Below, one piece after another: positions 58,447 to 64,000 of a stretch of DNA of 64,000 nucleotides (position 1 is its first letter; the number at the start of each line of letters is the position of its first letter). The DNA is taken from NCBI GenBank assembly GCA_963422395.1, contig OY729431.1, positions 1,056,001 to 1,120,000 of the forward strand, in the 5' to 3' direction. The stretch is from Vicinamibacteria bacterium (GTDB lineage: Bacteria > Acidobacteriota > Vicinamibacteria > Marinacidobacterales > Marinacidobacteraceae). The position numbers and the translations under genes were made by a program. The notes under the pieces were generated by a model. It was not told the origin of the DNA. It saw only the letters and a list, made by a program, of their open reading frames with translations, and searched no databases.

Positions 58447-60299
58447 TATATCGCCGCGATTTCGATCTCGCTCAGATAGTCCATGACGGTCCGGGCGTCT
58501 ATCGGGTGTCCGCTGAAGTGACGGAGGCTCCGCAGGACACCCTCGGGAATCCGGTCCCCGTATTCGGCCCGAAGCAGCTGGAGCAGTTGGCCGTCGCGGT
58601 TCTGATCGAGGACCACGACCTGGCGCCGCTGGATGATGAACTCCAGCACCGAGGGGGTGAGCGGCAGGGCCCGCAGGCGGAGATAGTCCACTTCGATAGC
58701 GGCCTCCTCCCGGAGGCGGGCCCGTGCCTCCTCGATCGCCGGGTCCGACGAACCGAAACCGATGATCCCCAACGGGCTCGGTGGATCGGTCTCGTCCACT
58801 AGCGGGCGAGGCACCATTCCGCGGGCGGTCTCGAACTTCCGGTCGAGCCGTTTCATCACCCGGACATACGCCTCCTCGCTCTCGGTGTATTCGGCGTTTT
58901 CGTCATGTCCGCTTCCGCGGGTGAAGTACGCCGCCGCCGGGTGGTTCGTGCCGGGAAGCGTTCGATAGGGGATCGCGTCGCCGTCCACATCTCCGTAGCG
59001 CTGGAACGACCCGAGCCGTTCGAGGTCCTCCCGAGTCAGGACCTTCCCGCGATCCATGGGTCGGTCGGGGTAATCGAAGGGTTCGGTGGCCCAGATGTTC
59101 ATCCCGAGGTCGAGGTCGGAGAGAACGAAGATCGGGGTCTGGAGGCGTTCCGCGAAATCGAAGGCCCGCCAGCCGAATTCGAAGCACTCGCGCGTGGAAG
59201 CGGGCAGCAGGCAGACATGCTTCGTGTCCCCGTGGGAGAGCGTGTAGGTGGAGAGGATGTCGCCCTGAGCGGTGCGGGTCGGAAGTCCAGTCGAGGGGCC
59301 AACGCGTTGGATGTCCCAGATCACCACTGGAATCTCGGCGTAATAGCCGAGCCCCACGAACTCGGACATCAGGGAGATTCCCGGTCCTGAAGTGGCGGTC
59401 ATCGCCCGCGCCCCGGCCCAGCCAGCGGCCAGTGCCATCCCGACTGCCGCCAGCTCGTCCTCGGCCTGCACCACCGCGTAGGTGGCCTTGCCCTCGGCAT
59501 TCTTCCGGTAACGGTCGAGGAAGCCGGTGAGCTGCTCCACGACGCTCGAAGAGGGAGTGATCGGGTACCAGGTCGCGACGCTCACCCCGCCGAACATGGC
59601 GCCGAGCGCCGCCGCCGCATTTCCGTCGATGAGGATCTTCCCGCGGTTCTCGTCCATCCGGGCCAACTGGAACGGGTCCCGTTTCTCCAGGTTTTCGCGC
59701 GCGTGGCGGAAGCCGATGTCCACCGCTCGACGGTTCAGCTCCACTGCGGTCTTCTTGCGCTTGAACTGCGTTTCGATGGAGCCGTAGATCTCTTCGATCT
59801 CGATCCCGAGCAGGGCGCCGAGCACGCCGACATAGATCATGTTGGCCAGCAGTTTCCGCAACCGGACTTCACGGGAAACCTCGGCGGCCAGCTCCTGGAA
59901 GGGCGCCGGATAGAAGATCAGGTCCTTCCGCACCCGATCCAACCGCAGCCCCTCCTCATAGACCACCGCGCTGCCCGGCTGGAGTGCCTCGACATCCCGT
60001 CTCGCCGTCTGGGGATTCAGTGCCACCAGGAAGTCCACATTCCGTTTGCGGGCCACCCAGCCGTTCCGGTTGGCGCGGATGGTGAACCAGGTCGGCAGGC
60101 CGGCGATGTTCGAGGGAAACAGGTTCTTTCCCCCCACCGGAATCCCCATTCGAAAGAGCGCCCGGAGCAGGACGAGGTTCGAAGACTGGCTCCCCGAACC
60201 GTTCACCGTAGCCACCTGGATGGCCAGGTCGTTCAAGACGGAACGGGATTCGAGTTCTAAGGGGACGGCTTCCTCGACGAGAGCCGCTTTGTCGGACAT
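58446..60299 (-). CDS. korA: 2-oxoacid:acceptor oxidoreductase alpha subunit (gamma-alpha fusion)
   Basis: NGSGS, YPITPSS, QAEDE, TATSGPG, QRVGPSTGLPT. Confidence 0.92.
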   Translation of the reverse strand: MSDKAALVEEAVPLELESRSVLNDLAIQVATVNGSGSQSSNLVLLRALFRMGIPVGGKNLFPSNIAGLPTWFTIRANRNGWVARKRNVDFLVALNPQTARRDVEALQPGSAVVYEEGLRLDRVRKDLIFYPAPFQELAAEVSREVRLRKLLANMIYVGVLGALLGIEIEEIYGSIETQFKRKKTAVELNRRAVDIGFRHARENLEKRDPFQLARMDENRGKILIDGNAAAALGAMFGGVSVATWYPITPSSSVVEQLTGFLDRYRKNAEGKATYAVVQAEDELAAVGMALAAGWAGARAMTATSGPGISLMSEFVGLGYYAEIPVVIWDIQRVGPSTGLPTRTAQGDILSTYTLSHGDTKHVCLLPASTRECFEFGWRAFDFAERLQTPIFVLSDLDLGMNIWATEPFDYPDRPMDRGKVLTREDLERLGSFQRYGDVDGDAIPYRTLPGTNHPAAAYFTRGSGHDENAEYTESEEAYVRVMKRLDRKFETARGMVPRPLVDETDPPSPLGIIGFGSSDPAIEEARARLREEAAIEVDYLRLRALPLTPSVLEFIIQRRQVVVLDQNRDGQLLQLLRAEYGDRIPEGVLRSLRHFSGHPIDARTVMDYLSEIEIAAI

Positions 60300-60501
60300 C
60301 AGCAAGGTTTGCGGGACAGGATTTGCATTACCGGCGCCGCTTACGGGTTCGGATCAGGGGGTGGCCGGACTGCATCGCCGGACTTCACTGTCTGACTCTA
60401 CTCTGGGCGGCCCCGCGAAGATCTGTCGCCCGAGCGAAACCACCTTCGAGTGACGCCCCAACGGGGAGCAGTGTACCCCAACCGGGGATGGAATCAGGCT
60501 G

Positions 60502-61452
60502 CTAGGTGTGCAAGCTCACCAGGTTGTTGAGGGGGAAGTCGAGCGCCTGGATGGGGGGTCGGTGATGGAGGCTGGTGTGAGGCCGGTGCCAGTTGTATCG
60601 GTGGAGCCAGGCGGGCAGTTGGGCGGCGCGCGGTTCGGAGCTCTGGTAGGTGTGTGCGTAGGCCCATTCTCTGAGAACGGTTTGGATGAAGCGTTCGGCT
60701 TTTCCGTTGGTTCGGGGGGTGAAGGGACGGGTGTAGAGGTGTCGGATGCCTGCCTGTTGGCATCGTGCGTTGAAGGCACGGGAGCGGTAGCAGCCGCCAT
60801 TGTCGGTGAGGAGGCGTTGCACGGGGATAGCGAGGCTTTGGAAGTAGGCGAGTGCGTCGGTGAGGAAGGCGGCGGCGCTATGGGCGGATTCGTCGGGGAG
60901 GATTTTGGAGAAAGCGAGGCGGGAGTGGTCGTCCACGCAGACATGGACGAACTCCCAGCCGGCGCGGGGGCTGGTCGAGCGGCGGTTTCCGGTGGCGCGG
61001 TGTCCGGGGCGCCGGAAGCGCCCGAGTTTCTCGATGTCGAGGTGGAGGAGGCCCCCGGGATCTGGATAGACATAGCGGTTGGGGGGAGGGGGTGGTTCGA
61101 GCTGGGAGAGGCGGTTGACGCCGGCGCGCTGGGCGATTCGCCCCACGGTGCTGGGGGAGATGCCGAGCTGCTGGCTGATGTCGTGGTAGGTGCGGCGCTC
61201 GCGCCGCAGTTCGACGACTCGGGTGCGCCGCGCCTCGCTGGTGCGGTGCGGGCAGCGATGCGGGCGCGAGGAGCGGTCCCCGAGGCCCGGCAGGCCCTCC
61301 TCGCGCCAGCGGGCGAGCCACTTGTATGCAGTGCGCACGCTCACCCCCGAGGCCTGGGCCGCCGCCTCGACGCGGAGGCCTTCCTCGGTGATGCGGCGAA
61401 CCAGGATCTCTCGACCGAGCGGGGTCAGTTTGGCCGACTCGTGGATGCTCAT
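60502..61452 (-). CDS. IS481-family DDE transposase
   Basis: HTH N-terminus (GVSVRTAYKWLARW), DRSSRP, LHLD, LLTDNG, NGKAERF, YNWHRPH; stop TAG supplied by the target CTAG. Confidence 0.95.
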   Translation of the reverse strand: MSIHESAKLTPLGREILVRRITEEGLRVEAAAQASGVSVRTAYKWLARWREEGLPGLGDRSSRPHRCPHRTSEARRTRVVELRRERRTYHDISQQLGISPSTVGRIAQRAGVNRLSQLEPPPPPNRYVYPDPGGLLHLDIEKLGRFRRPGHRATGNRRSTSPRAGWEFVHVCVDDHSRLAFSKILPDESAHSAAAFLTDALAYFQSLAIPVQRLLTDNGGCYRSRAFNARCQQAGIRHLYTRPFTPRTNGKAERFIQTVLREWAYAHTYQSSEPRAAQLPAWLHRYNWHRPHTSLHHRPPIQALDFPLNNLVSLHT

Positions 61453-61538
61453 GCGGGTTCCTCCTCATGCTGAGAGATCGTGGATGCCCATGAGCTTCGG
61501 GCATCGGGCTCGCGTGAACAACCTACCGCAAGGTCACA
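60507..61538 (-). mobile_element. IS481-family insertion sequence, intact
   Basis: TGT...ACA ends sharing TGTG-n10-AGGTTGTT; CTAG on both sides (60502-05, 61540-43); full transposase. Confidence 0.93.
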
Positions 61539-61542
61539 GCTA

Positions 61543-61731
61543 GCAGCCCGTGGACGAAGTCACACGGCCAAAGGTCGGCGATGGCTAGTCCTCCCGGTGG
61601 GGCCCCTGGCTGAACCGCTTCGCTCTTCGTTGCAAATCAGTCGGAATACGCCCGGTATGCCCCCGAATCGCGCCTTGTCCGCCGGGCGCCTCCCCGATCT
61701 TGGGGCTCGCGTCACTTCATCTACAGGCTGC
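61543..61731 (+). mobile_element. MITE family A, copy 5 (189 bp)
   Basis: TA 61541-42 and 61732-33; TIRs GCAGCCCGTGGA / CTACAGGCTGC; junction reads TGCTAACCT upstream of ku. Confidence 0.9.
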
Positions 61732-61793
61732 TAACCTTCGCTCTTCGCGGAGACCCGGCCCGCGCCTCGGCCGTTCCCCGCGGCCCGCTCCCG

Positions 61794-62633
61794 ATGCGAC
61801 CCACTTGGCAGGGCAACCTGAAGTTGGCGCTGGTGCTCGTGCCCGTCCGAGCGTACCCGGCGGCGCGGGTCAAGACGGTGGCCATGAACCAGCTCCATGA
61901 GGAATGCAAGGCCCGGATCCGCCAGCAGCGCCGCTGCAGTTCCTGTGATCAGGACCTTGAACGCGACGACATCGTGCGCGGCTACGAGTACAGCAAGGAC
62001 CAGTATGTGCTGATCCGGCAGGAGGATCTGGCCAAGCTGCAGCTGCCCTCGCTCCGCACCCTGGACATTGTCCAATTCGTGCAGGAATCCGAGATCAACC
62101 CGCTCTACTACCACGGGTCCTACTACCTGGCTCCGGCCGGCGCGGTGGCCGCCGGTCCCTTCCACACCATCCTCAAGGCGATGGAGGCATCGAATCGGGT
62201 GGCCATCGCCCAGGTGGTCCTCGGCGGGAAGGAGAAGGTCGTGGCGATCCGCCCCGGCGACGGCGTGTTCCTGATGTCGTTCCTCCACTACGCCGACGAA
62301 GTGCGCGAGGTGTCGGACATCGAAGATCTTCCGGAAGCGGCCGCGCCGAACGCTGCGGAGACCGCGATGGCCCGACAACTCCTCGACTCCTACGCCAAAC
62401 CCTTCGATGTGAGCGCTTTCGAGGACGGCTACCGCAAGCGCTTCTTGGAGATCGTCGAAGCCAAGAGCCGGGGCGAGGAACTGGTCTCTCCCCCCAGCGT
62501 GGAGCCTCGCCGGGTCATCGATCTCATGGACGCCCTGCGGTCGAGCCTCGCCCGCATCGAAGGGGAAGCGGCCGAATCCGGCGAGGGGCTGGATCGGGAG
62601 GGACAGCCCGGCGAGGAGCGGCGGGCGAGCTGA
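61794..62633 (+). CDS. ku: NHEJ DNA end-binding protein Ku
   Basis: MRPTWQG, DIVRGYEYSKDQYV, YYLAP, LHYADEVR, VIDLMDALRSSL. Confidence 0.95.
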   Translation: MRPTWQGNLKLALVLVPVRAYPAARVKTVAMNQLHEECKARIRQQRRCSSCDQDLERDDIVRGYEYSKDQYVLIRQEDLAKLQLPSLRTLDIVQFVQESEINPLYYHGSYYLAPAGAVAAGPFHTILKAMEASNRVAIAQVVLGGKEKVVAIRPGDGVFLMSFLHYADEVREVSDIEDLPEAAAPNAAETAMARQLLDSYAKPFDVSAFEDGYRKRFLEIVEAKSRGEELVSPPSVEPRRVIDLMDALRSSLARIEGEAAESGEGLDREGQPGEERRAS

Positions 62634-63613
62634 GCGCGCCGGAACCGTCGCTCCCGCGGCTGCCCGCCGAGTGGCTCCGCGAGGGTGTGCAGCCGATGCT
62701 CGCCGGGACCGGTCGGCCTTTCGATTCGCCGGACCACCTGTTCGATGCGAAGTGGGACGGGCTGCGCTCCATCGCATTCTTCGGCCCGACCGTTCGGCTG
62801 CAGGCCCGAAGCCAGCGCGATCAGACGCCGCAGTTCCCGGACCTCGCGGCGAAGCTCGGGGCGCTTACCGGATCAGGCGTTCTCGATGGTGAGATCGTGG
62901 TGCTCGAAGGGGATCGACCCAGCTTCCCGCTGGTCATGGAACGGAACCGCCTGCGCGATGCGGACGCCGTCCGGCGTGCCACGGGACACCTGCCGGCATG
63001 GTTCGTCGCATTCGATGTGCTGCACCGAAACGGCCAGCGCCTTACCGCGCGGCCGCTGGTCGAACGGCGCCGCGCGCTCGACGCACTGCTTCCCGGCGAA
63101 CCGGAAGCGCGCCTGTTTGCGAACCCGCGGGTCGTCGGCGCCGGCCGCCGGTTCTTCGCTGCCATGCGCGAACGCAAGATGGAGGGGATGGTCGCCAAGC
63201 GTCTCGGGAGCCCCTACCGGATCGGAGAGCGCAGCGATGACTGGTTGAAGGTGAAGCTACGGCCTCGCCTGAGTTGCGTGGTGTTCGGCACCTTGCACCG
63301 AGACGAGGGGGGGCCGGTGCGCTCGCTGGTGGTTGGGGCGTACGGGCCGGAGGGTCCGGTGTGGTTGGCGAATGTCGGCGGCGGACTCGACGCCCCTACT
63401 CGGGCTCGACTCGGCCCTTCCCTCGAAGGCCTCACATCCTCTCGGCCTCCGGGCTTCGACGCGACCGGAGAGGGGCACATTCGCTTCGTCCGTCCGCTGC
63501 TGGTGGCCTGTGTGGAGTATCTCGAGGTCACGCCGTCGGGCCACCTCCGCCACCCGTCCTTCATCGGTTTCGAGGACCGCGATCCTCGTTCCTGCGCTCT
63601 CCCGCACCGGTAG
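62630..63613 (+). CDS. ligD: ATP-dependent DNA ligase, LigD/LigC ligase domain only (start CTG 62630 or GTG 62687)
   Basis: PMLA, KWDG, VLDGEIV, AFDVL, EGMVAKR, RSDDWLKVK, LRHPSF. Confidence 0.88.
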   Translation: MSAPEPSLPRLPAEWLREGVQPMLAGTGRPFDSPDHLFDAKWDGLRSIAFFGPTVRLQARSQRDQTPQFPDLAAKLGALTGSGVLDGEIVVLEGDRPSFPLVMERNRLRDADAVRRATGHLPAWFVAFDVLHRNGQRLTARPLVERRRALDALLPGEPEARLFANPRVVGAGRRFFAAMRERKMEGMVAKRLGSPYRIGERSDDWLKVKLRPRLSCVVFGTLHRDEGGPVRSLVVGAYGPEGPVWLANVGGGLDAPTRARLGPSLEGLTSSRPPGFDATGEGHIRFVRPLLVACVEYLEVTPSGHLRHPSFIGFEDRDPRSCALPHR

Positions 63614-63829
63614 CGGTTACCCGACATCGAGGAGGTCGCGGAGGATCCTCGCGGTCGAGCTCCAGACCTCTCGTCCGTCGTAGCGGTAGCGAAAGATCCC
63701 CCGCGGCCCGAATCCGCCGGGAGCGCCCCGGACCGCATCGCTCCGTCATTCCGGCGGGGCAACAACCCAAGCGGGGCGGCAACAACCCGTCCCCGGATTC
63801 CGACCGTCGCTCGGCAATAATATTCGGGA

Positions 63830-64000
63830 ATGTTCCACGGTCTCTCGCACCGGCTGCTCGGCCCGGCAACAGTTTCGGCCGTGCTGATCGCGGGATCCGC
63901 GGCAGCGCAGCCGCTGGTGCAGACGGGTTCGAGCAGCGAGCGGGGCTCCTCCGACAGCCAGTGGAGCCTCGGCGTCGGCTACGAATTCGATTTCCCGATG
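63830..64000 (+). CDS. 5' part of a secreted protein (possible outer-membrane beta-barrel); runs off the window
   Basis: MFHGLSHRLLGPATVSAVLIAGSAAAQP signal peptide, WSLGVGYEFDF; TAATAT 6 nt before ATG. Confidence 0.6.
   Translation, partial: MFHGLSHRLLGPATVSAVLIAGSAAAQPLVQTGSSSERGSSDSQWSLGVGYEFDFPM

Overview
A 64-kb stretch of a high-GC diderm bacterial chromosome. Acidobacteriota-like gene content is an inference, not proven. It is mostly housekeeping genes: a TonB-dependent receptor divergent from phoB-phoR, rnr, two tRNA-Leu, tig-clpP-clpX-engB-rho-rpmE-prfA-prmC, lspA-lgt-rluD-pyrR-pyrB-pyrC, tolC-like, truA-uppS-cdsA facing an inverted dxr-rseP, NSAR/menC, tgt-yajC-secD-secF, tonB-tonB-exbB-exbD-exbD-TPR, relA/spoT, an HCF101-like Mrp, a second receptor, an S9 peptidase, korAB, IS481 and ku-ligD. 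The most interesting signals are non-coding. (1) A ~190-bp TA-targeting MITE family (5 full copies plus remnants) inserts into the TA of -10 boxes and stop codons, and its terminal ...TGC|TA rebuilds the extended -10 or the stop. One copy created the CTAG later used by IS481. (2) A second ~250-300-nt dispersed element has covarying stems and always lies sense-downstream of a gene. (3) ACGT is strikingly depleted, with ATGT/ACAT used instead. (4) A Pho-box-like 11-bp tandem repeat overlaps the tonB promoter. (5) Several genes look leaderless or use CTG starts. All of this was read by eye; no searches or folding programs were run.
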